DNA of 64,000 nucleotides from an uncultured Nitrososphaerales archaeon (GCA_963695855.1 CAVOHZ010000010.1:288001-352000), one strand, 5' to 3'. Counted from the stretch's first letter, positions 9,149 to 21,343 are shown. Program-made: numbers and translations. The notes: generated from the letters alone by a model not told the origin.

Positions 9149-10813
9149 TTGATAAAAAATAGAGTTTCTTTTAATAATAATTTCATCTTCCTGATACTGT
9201 TATTATCAATTTTATTTTTGTTATCTATTCAATTTTCTTATGCTGGTAATAATAATAGAAGTTTATTGCATAACAATGCAGAATTATTAGGATGGATTTC
9301 TATTATACCAATTAATATAATTATGCTGACATTAATTTAACATCATGGTCATACACTTTAGACAATAATAGATTTAGCTAAGAAAGGAAGCATACAGTTT
9401 ATCCATTTGATTGAGAGCAACAATCTTTCTAGAACAAGATTTGAGCAACTGTATAAACGAGAATCTGATGCAGGTGTAAAGGAAAGAATGTTGCTTGTGT
9501 TAAACGTAGTATATGACAAACATATTCCTGCACAGGTTGCAAGAGATCTCCACAGAAGCAGAACATGGGCTTCTGATTGGTTAAAGAGGTACAGGGAAGA
9601 AGGTATAGAAGGATTAAAAAACAGATCAAAAAGTGGTAGACCACCAGATATACCAGAAGAGACAGTATACAAGATAAAAAATAAACTGTCGTCTAGCAAA
9701 CAGGGATGGACTACAAAACAGGTTTATGATATCATAGTCAGAGATAGCGGTATACACTACCATCATATTTACATCTACACCTTACTTCGCAGATGGGGAT
9801 TCAAACAGAAAGTACCTAGAAAAGTACATGTAAACACTGCACCAAAAGAAGAGAAAGAAGGTTTTAAAAAAGAGCAAGAAAGATACTGGATAATCTCCAA
9901 GAAGGATTTACAGTAGTATCTACTGATGAATCATTCTTTTTCTTTGACTCTCTTGTAAGAAGAGTCTGGATAAGAAAAGATGAAAGACCAGTAGTGAGAA
10001 TTAATGGATCTCATCAGGCGTCAGTTCTATTTGGTGCCACAAGTTTAGAAGGAAAACAACTGTTCAGGCAATATGACTGGTTTGATGAAAATACATTTCT
10101 TAATTATCTAAAACAGATACACAGGAAATTTCCAAAATGTTATATATTTCTGGATAAAGCAAAACAACACTATAAATCAAAAAAGGTACTGCAATATTTT
10201 GACAAACACAAAAAGGATCTGATTCCAGTATATCTTCCAACAGCATCTCCAGAATTTATGGTACTGGAAGAATGCTGGAATATAGCCAAAAACCATCTGC
10301 TTGTCCTACAATACTATCGGTCATTTACAGATTTCATAATCAAAATATCTACATATTTTAGAACAAAAAGATTCAATCTGAATATGAGAAATTACCTGGT
10401 TGGAGGTGAGTAAGCATATTTATCTTAATTGGTATAGTTGTGGATTAATTGCTAGTCTTCCATTCATTTTATATGTACGTGTAAAGAAACTCTCAGTCAA
10501 AAGATTAGGTGGAGGAGATAGTTTAACTCGAAATCTTGCTCTAGAACATACACCAATAATTAATTTTCATACTGCTTTGAATCTAATAGGATTTTTTACA
10601 GGAATATTTCATGGAATATTGTTAGTACGTGGAATAGATTTTATTTCTATATCGTTAGTAATTGTTATAACTACACTCACTATTAGTGGCATTTTGATGA
10701 GATTTACAAAATTAAGAATTCTTAATCAGTTAAATAGAATAATACGTACACATATTATTCTCACAATTTTACTTGTAATTTTGGTAATCTTACATCTCTT
10801 GATTTCACAGTAG
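9149..10813 (+). pseudogene. His-rich membrane protein (cytochrome b/ferric-reductase-like TM domain) split by IS630
   Basis: Removing the IS and one TA rejoins ...GWISI-SCGLIASLPF... in frame; four His lie in TM helices. Confidence 0.7.
9306..10434 (+). mobile_element. IS630-family element (orfA 9407-9916, orfB to 10413)
   Basis: TIR TACCAATTAA/TTAATTGGTA; TA duplication 9304-9305 and 10435-10436; HTH orfA; TTTTAAAAAA slippery site 9862-9871; STDES, FLDKA, VLEECW triad. Confidence 0.92.
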
Positions 10814-10879
10814 AAGGTTTGTTCTTGAAGGTAACATCCCATAATTTGGAACAGAAACTACAAAATTTATAATATCACA

Positions 10880-11350
10880 CTTGATTCATGCATGAAATTA
10901 GTTCTATAAAACTCATTGGAAATCTGACAAAAAATAGGTATATTTTTGTCATGCAAGATAGAAAGCAAGAACATGTATAAAGTGTCCTTATCGATCATTA
11001 CATTATTTTGAGAGTATGAACTTTATGGATGTAAATGTTGACATATAAATTTCGTGACTTTGGAACTTATATTGGAGAATTTAATTATTTCCAAGATATA
11101 ATACATCATCTTGTTGACATTTTTACATTAGGTATCCTTGCATACAGAAGACAATTTTACGTACCTATCAATCAAAAACAATAGAAAGAGCATTAAGAAT
11201 ATTTAGATTAGCAATTATGATACTCTATTTGAAGAGATGCGAAATCTAAAACTATCATGTCAAATTGATATTGATGAAGGATTGTTTGGTGCTCATAAAA
11301 GAGGAGTTAAACCCGGATGGGGTTCGGTCGGGCACAAAAATTGGACAACA
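10880..11350 (+). pseudogene. Degraded IS1595-like transposase remnant
   Basis: Fragment QIDIDEGLFGAHKRGVKPGWGS resembles the E.DE..FGG..KRGRG motif; many stops; ends unclear. Confidence 0.45.
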
Positions 11351-11675
11351 TCAAGTAGTGGCCAATTAAAGGAGGAATAGGTAAGAAAATACTTATATTA
11401 ATGGAATTGAAGGATTCTGGATTTACGCCAAGACATCGTTGTATCGTTATAGACGAGTTCCTAAACAATATTTTCACCTATATCAAAAGAGCTAGAATTC
11501 AGATTCAATAACAGACAAAGATATATTTTATATGTTTACAAATATTCTCTTTAAAACTGTCCCTAAATCATTACGTATCACCTTAAGAGCATATGTTTTT
11601 CTACACTTTTAATAATTTTTAACTAATCAATTTAGAAAAAATCGCTTGATTTTTTAAATTATGTAACTTTTTAAA

Positions 11676-12500
11676 TTATGTATCTATCTCTTTATAGGTA
11701 TCAAATCTTTCGTGTTTTATAGCCTCTTTTATAATAGTAAATAATACCTGTTCAGCCATTTTACTTAGTATAGAAACATCATCTTTATATTCATCAAACG
11801 AAGAATGGTTTTTATTTCCAAGATAGACTTCTTTGATTTTATAGCCAGAAACTGCTGCCTCAATTAGGAACCAAACATCTATTCCCCATCCATCAGGAGG
11901 ATTACAATCTAGCATTTTCTTCCATACTGCAACGTTGGAACATACCTCTCCGCTTAATGGTTGTTCAATATGAGATAGTTCAGGAAAGAAAATTCGTAGC
12001 ATAGGTTTTGCAATAAGTTTTGTTACAGCAGCGTCACGAGGAAGCCTTTGATAGAAGCCTCTTGTCATATCAAAGCCTCCTTCCAATACCGGTTTTGCCA
12101 AATCATCAACCCACTCAGGGCTAATATTTCTTATATCAGAGTCTAAAAAAAGAATAGATTTATAGGGTTTTCCTGGATTGTTAGGATTAATATTACTATT
12201 TATTGCCTCAATCAAACCAGCCTTCATAGCTAATCCTTTACCCGGAAATTTTTTCAAGGCTTGTTGTATTATCTTAACGCCACCAACATTATTTGCAATT
12301 TCTATTGTATCGTCTGTAGAAAAACCATCAACTATTATAATATCTGGTTTGAATGAGCTACTTTTCACATTTATCAAGACATTCTCAATCGTACTACCCG
12401 AATTTTTTGTACATAAAATAACTGCTAAATTAGTAGAACTAAGTTCAAATGAATTATATTCGCTTCCTTTAACGATATTATTTTCTGATGATTCATTCAT
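11676..12500 (-). CDS. GT2 glycosyltransferase, glucosyl/mannosyl-3-phosphoglycerate synthase-like
   Basis: IVDGFSTD, GKGLAM, FLDSD, QPLSGE, GWGIDV. Confidence 0.8.
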   Translation of the reverse strand: MNESSENNIVKGSEYNSFELSSTNLAVILCTKNSGSTIENVLINVKSSSFKPDIIIVDGFSTDDTIEIANNVGGVKIIQQALKKFPGKGLAMKAGLIEAINSNINPNNPGKPYKSILFLDSDIRNISPEWVDDLAKPVLEGGFDMTRGFYQRLPRDAAVTKLIAKPMLRIFFPELSHIEQPLSGEVCSNVAVWKKMLDCNPPDGWGIDVWFLIEAAVSGYKIKEVYLGNKNHSSFDEYKDDVSILSKMAEQVLFTIIKEAIKHERFDTYKEIDT

Positions 12501-12788
12501 TTTTTATTTTAAAGCTTTAATGATATATAGGTTTTAGTTGGAGGTCTTTCTTTATGAACTAATTTTTTATTAAAATGCAAAATAAATTTTTTTAGGATTT
12601 TAATTTCTAAATGTCTTATATTTGAGTCCATAACAAAAGCCATGGATTTTTAAATATTTTTGTCCCCTACACCAGAAACATATACAGCTCTTTCTAAGAT
12701 GAATAATTTCTTGCATGAACATTTAGGTTATTAGATATCAGGAAAGGGAGTATTGAAATAATGCGAAAAAAAGGAATTTACACAATTT

Positions 12789-13067
12789 TCAAACAATAGA
12801 TGAATATATCAATAGATTTCCAAATGCATATGTTAATTTTCCTATTTTTGGTTCAAATTTTAATCTTGATTTATGTCTAATTATGGCATTAACTGCAGAT
12901 TCATGCATCTCTTCTTTAGCAAGGAATGGTTTTAATCCTTCTCTATATCGTTCATTTATAATATCACCGTTTTGATTTATTATGCTTATGCTAACCCATC
13001 TTATAGACTGGTTACAACTGATTATATTTTCAATAAAAATAGAATGAAATTCATTATTTAATACCAT
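12789..13067 (-). CDS. Conserved thaumarchaeal hypothetical protein, probably 3'-truncated
   Basis: IRWV..INQNG...YREGLKP..FEPKIGKLTYAF pattern, ending abruptly. Confidence 0.45.
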   Translation of the reverse strand: MVLNNEFHSIFIENIISCNQSIRWVSISIINQNGDIINERYREGLKPFLAKEEMHESAVNAIIRHKSRLKFEPKIGKLTYAFGNLLIYSSIV

Positions 13068-14266
13068 TTGTTCATTAGGTAATTTTTCTAATCATAATAA
13101 AAAAGTTATGAATGAGTATTATCATGAATAAAAAATTCTTTCACGATTAATTAATCTATTACTCTAGCAACATTACTACTATCAGCAATAATATGAGTCT
13201 CAGAAGATTTTTTGTCTTGATTGATTGATTGGTTAGTGCATCGTATTTGCTTCTTTTTATAGATATCCAAGAACAAGGATTATTCTGCAGTAAATAGATA
13301 AATGAATTAAAGCAAACGTTCTGGGTATTTTTTCCTTCCTTCCTTTATCTTTTTATTTATTTACTACCGTCAAAACACTTATCATTATTTTGTTCTTGAA
13401 AGTAATCCACCAAATGGGCGTGAAGATTCTCCATAGGTTAAGTTATATACTTCTTTTTTTCTCTCTGCATTAGGTTTATTAAGGTTGGTGCCGCAAAAAT
13501 ACATTATAGAGATTTTAGTGGTAATTATAATATACCATTACAGGCATTTAAGTGTTTGTATTTAAGTGTTCAACAATAGAGAACTTTTTTGTGTTCTATT
13601 TGAATTTTGACTATAAAATAATTAAAAAATACCTATACTACAAAACGGCAATTGCAACTATTATACTTATATTTTTTAATTTCTTTTATTTAGTTAATTA
13701 ATTATTTTATTAATTATTAGTATATTATTTTTCCTCCATTATTTTGTTCAGAGATCTACATCTGATTATAATGTTATCATAAGTATTGGTATAATTTCTA
13801 TGTATCTACAAGTACAAGCTTCAATAATCATCTTATCGATTTTATTTATGAAAAATTTCCAATCACAAGAGTACGTAATATATAGCAAATATTGAATAGT
13901 TCTTCAAGTATATATAAAGATTCTCATATAACAATGAACTACAAAAATAGCATATCGGATAAGGATGAAAAACTTGTATACGACTGTTAGATATTTTCAA
14001 ACAATGTTGAAAAAAATGGTTTCCAAGAGCTTACATAGCCTGTTAAGTCTTGTATGTGCTCCAGCTGTGAATGATAAAAATATTTAACATAAATTTATGT
14101 CAGTAATTTTATTGATTCTTTCTCTGTCTTAACTTACTGTACTTCAGGTTAAGGGCCCAATTGCTCTTTATTCTTCAAGTTCCCATGTATAAAGATTTGA
14201 GAATTATATCCATGTTACACTCTGGAAAATAATCCGATTATATAATAAAGAGGCCTATCTTTCTAT

Positions 14267-15442
14267 TTGGTTATATCAAAAATGGAGTTTATGAGTAATT
14301 TAAAGAATACAGCTGTGAATGGATTGATGGAAAAGCCGATTGTTGCAGATGAAAAAGATTCTATTTCTACAATAATAAACACACTTATCGAAAATAATGC
14401 TTACGATGTATTTGTAGGTCTTTCTGGAAAGATAGTTGGATATAATGTTCGTGATATCTTGGGAGTTAGGGATATCGCTTCTTCAAAACTTTCTACCATT
14501 GGAAAGATGATCCCTACTTTATCTCCAAATAGTAAAATTTCTGAAGCAGCTAGAATATTGAGTTTGTATAGACGCAGGGCACTCCCAATAGTAGATAAAG
14601 AACATATCGTCGGTCAAATATCTGCAAAGAAAATTGTGCAGAAGATAGATGAATATATGAAAAATGAGAAAAGTATGGAATTTCCTGCGTCAGAGCTAAT
14701 GTCAGGAAATCCGATTGTAATATCCAGTAAGGATACAGTATCTTCTGCAAGGACAATTATGAGAAGGAGACGGATAGATCATTTGCCAGTAATTAGTAAT
14801 GAAAAGCTCTCTGGGATTATAACTTCAACAGATATTATGGTAACAATGTTACCTTCAGAAAGGATTGGTAGAAGAACCCTAGGAGTAGATGCAGGTAAGT
14901 CAAGATTTGATATGTCCGTATCTGGAATAACTAATAAAGATGTTATAACGGCAGATATCACTGATAAAATTAAAACTGTGACCTATTTAATGACCAAAAC
15001 TGATTCTACTTATTGCATTATGAAAGTCGCCGATGAAGTTCAAGGCATCATTACTTATGGTGACATTATTTCTTTACTTCAAGAAGAAGAAAAGGTTGAA
15101 AATATTCCTATTTTTCTGATGGGACTACCAGATGATCCTTTTGAAGCGGAGCTAGCCAAATCCAAATTCAAAAGTATAGTTCAATACATGAAAAAGATTT
15201 ATCCAGATATAGAACAAGCAAAATGTCGTATCAAAATAAGAGAGACTCGCTCTCCAAGAAAAAGATACGAAGTCACGATAAACATTATGTCAACACATTC
15301 TAGTTATCACTACTCGGACTTTGGTTGGGATCTTAAGTATATTTTTGATCAAATAAGCAATACTATGAAGAAAAAAATTGCGCACAGAAGTAATCAGAGA
15401 CAAAGAAATACTATGAGAAATGTGGACATTCCACAAGAGTAG
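14267..15442 (+). CDS. Four-CBS + C-terminal HPF/RaiA-like protein (Hib-type ribosome hibernation factor candidate)
   Basis: CBS motifs RALPIVD, DHLPVIS..LSGIIT, VQGIIT; C-terminal RYEVTINI...GWDLKYIFDQISNTMKKKI. Confidence 0.72.
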   Translation: MVISKMEFMSNLKNTAVNGLMEKPIVADEKDSISTIINTLIENNAYDVFVGLSGKIVGYNVRDILGVRDIASSKLSTIGKMIPTLSPNSKISEAARILSLYRRRALPIVDKEHIVGQISAKKIVQKIDEYMKNEKSMEFPASELMSGNPIVISSKDTVSSARTIMRRRRIDHLPVISNEKLSGIITSTDIMVTMLPSERIGRRTLGVDAGKSRFDMSVSGITNKDVITADITDKIKTVTYLMTKTDSTYCIMKVADEVQGIITYGDIISLLQEEEKVENIPIFLMGLPDDPFEAELAKSKFKSIVQYMKKIYPDIEQAKCRIKIRETRSPRKRYEVTINIMSTHSSYHYSDFGWDLKYIFDQISNTMKKKIAHRSNQRQRNTMRNVDIPQE

Positions 15443-15891
15443 GTACACGCAGGTTACCAAGTTCTACATGAAAATTATAAACTGAGGATTGATAGCAAAT
15501 TGGATGCAAGTTGGTACATGATGCATCGTAAAATTATAAAATTGTCGGTGACAATATTTAACTGACTCTATGGATAGAGAAATATGGATTTTTAAGCGCT
15601 TATAACTACATTTGTATTGCTAATAAACGCATCAGAATACGGATTGTTTTTAGTATACCAATAAATTTTATTTGACCTCTTTGAAAATCTTGGCAGAAGC
15701 AGAAGATGTAGCCTTCCGACTCATTAGTTAAAAAGACACGTTTCAAGATGAAATATATTATACAAAGGACTCTTGATAGTATATTTGATCATTCTGATCA
15801 ATTTCATGTGGTAATCACTGAATTTCTGTTTTGTTAAATTGTTATGGGTATCTCCATGGTTTCGTTTTTCACTATTCTTTACGCACTATAT

Positions 15892-16113
15892 TCATTTCTT
15901 AGTATTGCTGGAAGAAATGTTGGTTTTTTCATTTACTGATCGCATAAATGCTTTAACAAACCAAGTTCCCATTACAATTCCCATTCCTGTAGCAAATCCA
16001 GTGATAACAGTTGTCAGAAAAAATTTTTCGAAAGTGTTAACATTAGCTGGAGAAAAGAAACTTTTATCTCTCCTTATCATTCTTACATGATTGCTTTTTC
16101 GTTTTTTTACCAC
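15892..16113 (-). CDS. Small single-TM hypothetical protein
   Basis: Basic N-terminus and one Gly-rich hydrophobic helix. Confidence 0.45.
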   Translation of the reverse strand: MVKKRKSNHVRMIRRDKSFFSPANVNTFEKFFLTTVITGFATGMGIVMGTWFVKAFMRSVNEKTNISSSNTKK

Positions 16114-16308
16114 ACTTTATTTTTGGTTTTTCTAGCTTTTAAAAATTCTATGGATCGTAGAATGTATCAGACTTATTTATTTATTAAATAAATATGACGA
16201 CGTACAAAAATGTAAATATTAGATAGTTTCATCAATTTATTACAGGTTTAAATAGAAAATACTGAAAATATTTAATAAACAGTAATATATAAAATTATTG
16301 TTGTCAGA

Positions 16309-17399
16309 TGCTGTGTTGAATAATTGATTATCATTAAAGCTATATAACAGCATTAAGTAGATCATCCATTGTCCAGTAAAAAGAATAGTAATAATAATCA
16401 AAATACAAAAACAAAAAAGAGGACAACAAAGAAGAAAAGAAACTGGAAAGAATATAATGAATCTCTAGTTCGACGTGGTGAAATAATGTTTGATACTAAT
16501 TTTTTATTGAATTGGCGAGCAGAATTAACAAAGATGAACAATGCAAAGAAAGGGGCAAAATATCTTTATCCGAATTCCTTGATATTGCTGCTCTCCACCG
16601 TACACGTATACTTACTTGCGTACAGACAAATGGAAGGATTTCTAAAGATAATGTCAAAGAATATTCCAAGACTAACAGAAATACCAGATTACACAACCAT
16701 GTGGTGGAGAATAGCAAGAACAAAAGTAGAACTAAATCCTACAATAACAAATCCAAACGGAAAAGAACTAATAACAATAGCAGTTGATTCTACTGGAATC
16801 AAGGTATCTAATAGAGGTGAGCGGATACGTGATAAATGGAATCAAAAAAGAAAAGGTTTCATAAAAATACATGTAGGAGTTAACATAAGAACAAAACAGA
16901 TTATCTCCATGGAAGTAACAAAAGAAAATATTGGTGATGGTAAGATGTTAAGGCCTCTAATACAGCAACAGCAACAACAACACCAACAACAGAAACAAAA
17001 TATAATAATAAGAGTAATAGCAGATTGTGCGTACGATTCTAAAGATAATTTTAGTTATCTCCACAGAATGGGTATGACACCAGTAATCAAGGTAAGAAAG
17101 AATTCATCGGACAAAACCAACAACAATTGTATACCGAGAAAACTGGTTGTAGTAGAACAACTAAAAGATGTAAGGAAATGGAAGAGGAAATACAAATATG
17201 GAATGAGTTGGATAGCAGAATCAACATTCTCTTCAATAAAAAGAACGTTTGGAGAATATGTTAAATCTGTAAAATGGAATAACATAGTAAATGAACTTCT
17301 TGTTAAGGCATATCTCTATAACATGTTTATGAAAGTAATATCAGTCTAATTTAAAAAATCTACAACGATTGCTATGTGTTATATTTATTCGACATAGCA
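16309..17399 (+). mobile_element. IS5-family (IS903-like) element, intact ends
   Basis: TIR TGCTGTGTTGAATAA / TTATTCGACATAGCA; 8-bp TSD TTGTCAGA at 16301-16308 and 17400-17407. Confidence 0.93.
16369..17349 (+). CDS. IS5 transposase
   Basis: NWKEYNESLVRRGE, VDSTG, ADCAYDS, WIAESTFS; poly-Q insert. Confidence 0.93.
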   Translation: MSSKKNSNNNQNTKTKKRTTKKKRNWKEYNESLVRRGEIMFDTNFLLNWRAELTKMNNAKKGAKYLYPNSLILLLSTVHVYLLAYRQMEGFLKIMSKNIPRLTEIPDYTTMWWRIARTKVELNPTITNPNGKELITIAVDSTGIKVSNRGERIRDKWNQKRKGFIKIHVGVNIRTKQIISMEVTKENIGDGKMLRPLIQQQQQQHQQQKQNIIIRVIADCAYDSKDNFSYLHRMGMTPVIKVRKNSSDKTNNNCIPRKLVVVEQLKDVRKWKRKYKYGMSWIAESTFSSIKRTFGEYVKSVKWNNIVNELLVKAYLYNMFMKVISV

Positions 17400-17977
17400 T
17401 TGTCAGAAAATATTAAGACATTACGTTTAAGATTGCCTGAATGTGAGTATAACTATCTTGTGCAAATTTCAAATTATCTACACAAGTAGTTAACGTACGA
17501 CGTGATCTCAAAAAAGAACAAACAAATAAACCAGCAGAACACGTCTAGTTGACTAAAGACATCTGAAAATTTTCCTGTAAGTCATAGACTAGAATCAGGG
17601 AATAAAACAAATACAATATTAACATAACAAGAAAAAAGAATAACAAAAATAACCAGGTCCGATATGAACTAATAATGGAACAAAACATCCGCTGGATAAA
17701 AAAAATTTTGCGTATTGCCTACTAAACACAGAAATAACTAAAAGGGTACATCAGAATATCCCACATTCCAGCATTCCTTGTGAATTAAGGCATGACAAGC
17801 AGATACAGCTGTAACATTTAATAAAGAATGAAGGTTCATCAGATGGAATTTTACAAAATATCTATTAAATTGAAAATATGGTTTATTGTTTTACTTTTGC
17901 TTATGAGTTAGAAATGAAAAAGATCTACATTATTAACCTGTTTGTCAGATAGAATCTGAACAAGTAGAGAAGAATGG

Positions 17978-19516
17978 ATGAAATTTAAGGCTAAAATACT
18001 CGGTATAGAATCCGGGGGAAGACCTGTCATCACTTTGAGTAAGGATGATTCTTATGAGCTAGGAGTAAGAAGCGGAGAACGGGTTAAACTTTTGTACGAA
18101 AATAAAGAAATGATTGTAATAGTAAATATTGTTACTAAATCCGTTCCAAAAGGAATTGCAGGTATTTATGATGAGCTGAGATCAATAGGCAACATCAGGG
18201 AAAACAGCATTCTAGAGATAGAGACCATAGATTATCCTCAGTCCATTTACTTTATACAAAACAAATTGAAAAAAGTTAAGTTAAATTTCAAAGAGATTTT
18301 TGAAATAATAAAAGACGTTGCAAATGGAAATCTAAGTGAATCTGAAATTGCAGCCTTCTTAACTGCCCTTGACCATCAGGGCTTAGATATCGATGAAGCA
18401 ACTAGCCTTACACTGGCAATGGTTGAGACGGGAAAGAAGTTGCAAGTAGCAAATAAGCCAGTATGTGACAAGCATTCTATTGGCGGAGTTCCTGGAGATA
18501 AAACCACGCTTCTTGTAGTTCCTATAATTGCTGCAGCAGGATTAACTATTCCAAAAACTTCTTCTCGTGCCATAACTTCTGCTAGCGGAACAGCAGACAG
18601 GGCTGAAATCCTCATGCCAGTTAATCTTACAATAGAACAGATGAAGATGGTTATAGAAAAAACTAATGGTTGTATTGTATGGGGAGGGTCTCTGGAATTA
18701 GCACCTGCTGATGATAGATTCATACAAGTTGAATATCCTCTTTCAATCGATCCTCTCTTACTCCCCTCAATCATGGCAAAGAAAAAGGCTGTCGGAGCAA
18801 ATTATTTGGTATTAGATATTCCATCAGGACGTGGCACAAAAGTAAAAACAACTGGTGACGCAGATCTATTGGCAAAGGAGTTCATGGAGCTTGGAAAAAG
18901 ATTGGAAATAAAAACTCAATCAATAGTATCCTTTGGCGAACAACCGATAGGTAATACTATAGGACCAGCTTTAGAGGTCCGGGAAGCCTTAGAAGTACTC
19001 CAAGGAAATCAAGTTCCCGATCTTATAGAAAAAGCAATAAACATTTGTGGTTTAATATTCGGTATGACCGGAATAGGAGGAAAGGAGCTTGCTCTAGATA
19101 TTTTGAAAAGTAGAAAGGCAGAGAAGAAAATGAAGGAAATAATATACAGGCAAGGTGGCAATTCAGAGATTCGAATTGAGGATATAAAAATTGGAGAGCA
19201 TAAGCTTGAAATTCAATCTGAAAATTCTGGAAATGTTCTATGGTTGGATAACAATATTATTGTTACAATTGCACGCTTGGCTGGTGCTCCCAAAGATAAG
19301 GGAGCTGGAATAATTATTCATAAAAAAATAGGACAAAAAGTAATGAAATATGATAAACTACTTACAATTTTTTCCGAGAAGAAAAATAAAATTCATAACG
19401 TAGAAAAAATGCTAACGGAAATAAAGCCATTTCATGTTGGTCATAGACAAGAAATGATAATTCACACTTTTCTAGATATTCCCGAACCTAAAAAAACGTT
19501 TATCTTGGAACGTTAG
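17978..19516 (+). CDS. AMP phosphorylase (archaeal thymidine phosphorylase family)
   Basis: N-terminal extension, DKHSIGGVPGDKTT, PKTSSRAITSASGTAD, ARLAGAPKDKGAG. Confidence 0.92.
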   Translation: MKFKAKILGIESGGRPVITLSKDDSYELGVRSGERVKLLYENKEMIVIVNIVTKSVPKGIAGIYDELRSIGNIRENSILEIETIDYPQSIYFIQNKLKKVKLNFKEIFEIIKDVANGNLSESEIAAFLTALDHQGLDIDEATSLTLAMVETGKKLQVANKPVCDKHSIGGVPGDKTTLLVVPIIAAAGLTIPKTSSRAITSASGTADRAEILMPVNLTIEQMKMVIEKTNGCIVWGGSLELAPADDRFIQVEYPLSIDPLLLPSIMAKKKAVGANYLVLDIPSGRGTKVKTTGDADLLAKEFMELGKRLEIKTQSIVSFGEQPIGNTIGPALEVREALEVLQGNQVPDLIEKAINICGLIFGMTGIGGKELALDILKSRKAEKKMKEIIYRQGGNSEIRIEDIKIGEHKLEIQSENSGNVLWLDNNIIVTIARLAGAPKDKGAGIIIHKKIGQKVMKYDKLLTIFSEKKNKIHNVEKMLTEIKPFHVGHRQEMIIHTFLDIPEPKKTFILER

Positions 19517-20656
19517 AAGTCACTTTGGCTAGCATAATTGTTTTCTATCCTGTCATCAGATTAAATATTTTCCTGATTTCTTTTATTCGACTTTGTTTGT
19601 TACTCGATACAATATTTAATATTATCAACGCGATCAATGATGGAAGCATATGATTTGAATGTGCAAAATTCCGAGAAAAATTAGTCTATTTATAAATTTT
19701 AGAAACCTCAAAATAGACCGGCGTAGGTCAAAAGTGACATTATTATAAACAATAACAGAGCAATAAAATAGATTAGATGTATAAAAATGGTCCATGAATT
19801 ATTCCCACTACAATATCTATTAGATCTGCTATAATATGGGAATTCAGTCTTGTTTTACGGTCAAGAATTAGATTCGTGTAAAATGGTCTGACGACTGAAA
19901 CTTTAAACGTATATTTTTTACCTTTAATATACACTATGAAAGGAATAGATTCCAGTAATCAGGTCATAAAATCAACTCAACCAAGAGATTCGTAAACTGA
20001 ACTGGTAAGAGTAGTTTTTTAGGCATAAGCAATTTCTAATATAAGAATAATTCTGCACATCTATAGTAACTATAATAAAAGAATTTATGATATTAGTAAA
20101 TGTACATATTTCTTGACTCTATTCAAAGATTGTTTGGTTTACCGGTTTTGTTTATTATCCTCTGTATTTTATAAATTGTTTAGATACCAGCTCAAACTAT
20201 TGCTTGTATAAAACCCTCAAGTACAAAGCAAGAAACAGTATTCAGTACAAAACGATTATAGTCTTTTTGTATTTACATTGTTGTCTATCTTTTTGATCTT
20301 AGTATGAGTATGGTAGGTGAGAAGAATTAGTTATTTTAGATCCTTTTCTTTTGATGTTCTTCATATTCTATATCAAATCATTTTTTATATTTTTTTTCTA
20401 AAATGAATAAAGCCATAAAGTCTCTTAAGAAACCCTACGTTTTAAAAAAGACATAAAAATGATACGGGATCGGATACTGAAAATAATTTTTTTCTGTCTC
20501 GCAAGTAAAAAAGGTACTTGGAAACGTCTTTCAAGCACACTTAAAAACAAAGGATAGTCTACAATCCAGACCGTAATATTAAGAAATTTAAGATATAATT
20601 ACCGGATATCAAAAAAGATAGATGTAAATTAATTATAATATTATTATTTTCTCCAC

Positions 20657-21343
20657 CTATAGATAAATTCCCAAAATATACCCCACAGCATAGGCAACCA
20701 TGGCAGCGATTCCTCCTATCAATAATGTATAAAACCCCGAACTAATAACTGATTTATTCACGATCTTTCCCTTAACTGAGCCTATGATAAAAAAAGATAT
20801 TCCAGTAAAAATAATAGAATACATCAATGCAAAATCTGTTGATAGGATGGAGACGTTCAGAATATAAGATATAACAAAAGGCACTAAGGGAACCAAGCCA
20901 AGTAAATTAAATGCAACAAAAGTTGTAATGGCTGACTCGAGAGGTTTCTTTGTATCATCTATCAATCCCAGTTCTTCTTTCATCATTGTATCTAGCCAAA
21001 TTTTCCTTCTTGAAGTAATCATTTTGACAATGTCATCTAATAGTGTATCTCTAAAACCTTTCTTTTCATAAATTTCTTTTATTTCTTGTTTTTCCTCTTC
21101 TGCCAAATTATCTATTTCCCATTCTTCCTTTTTTCTTTCTTTTTCGATATACTCTCTCCTTGTTTTTGCAGACAAATAATTCCCAACAGACATAGAAAAT
21201 CCATCAGCAAACAAGTTTGCAAATCCTAAAATGAGAATAACAGCAACAGGTAAAGATGCCCCGAAAGCTCCTGTCACTATAGCAAAAGTAGTAACGGACC
21301 CATCAGTAGCACCATAAACAAAGTCTTCTATAGACCAATTCAC
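20657..21343 (-). CDS. VIT1/CCC1 iron/manganese transporter
   Basis: VYGATDG, ADGFSMSVGNYLS, MMKEELGL. Confidence 0.93.
   Translation of the reverse strand: MNWSIEDFVYGATDGSVTTFAIVTGAFGASLPVAVILILGFANLFADGFSMSVGNYLSAKTRREYIEKERKKEEWEIDNLAEEEKQEIKEIYEKKGFRDTLLDDIVKMITSRRKIWLDTMMKEELGLIDDTKKPLESAITTFVAFNLLGLVPLVPFVISYILNVSILSTDFALMYSIIFTGISFFIIGSVKGKIVNKSVISSGFYTLLIGGIAAMVAYAVGYILGIYL

Noticed and set aside
16963-16992. Poly-Q tract in the IS5 transposase
   Set aside because: CAA/CAG slippage in a linker; similar low-complexity runs are common in this window.
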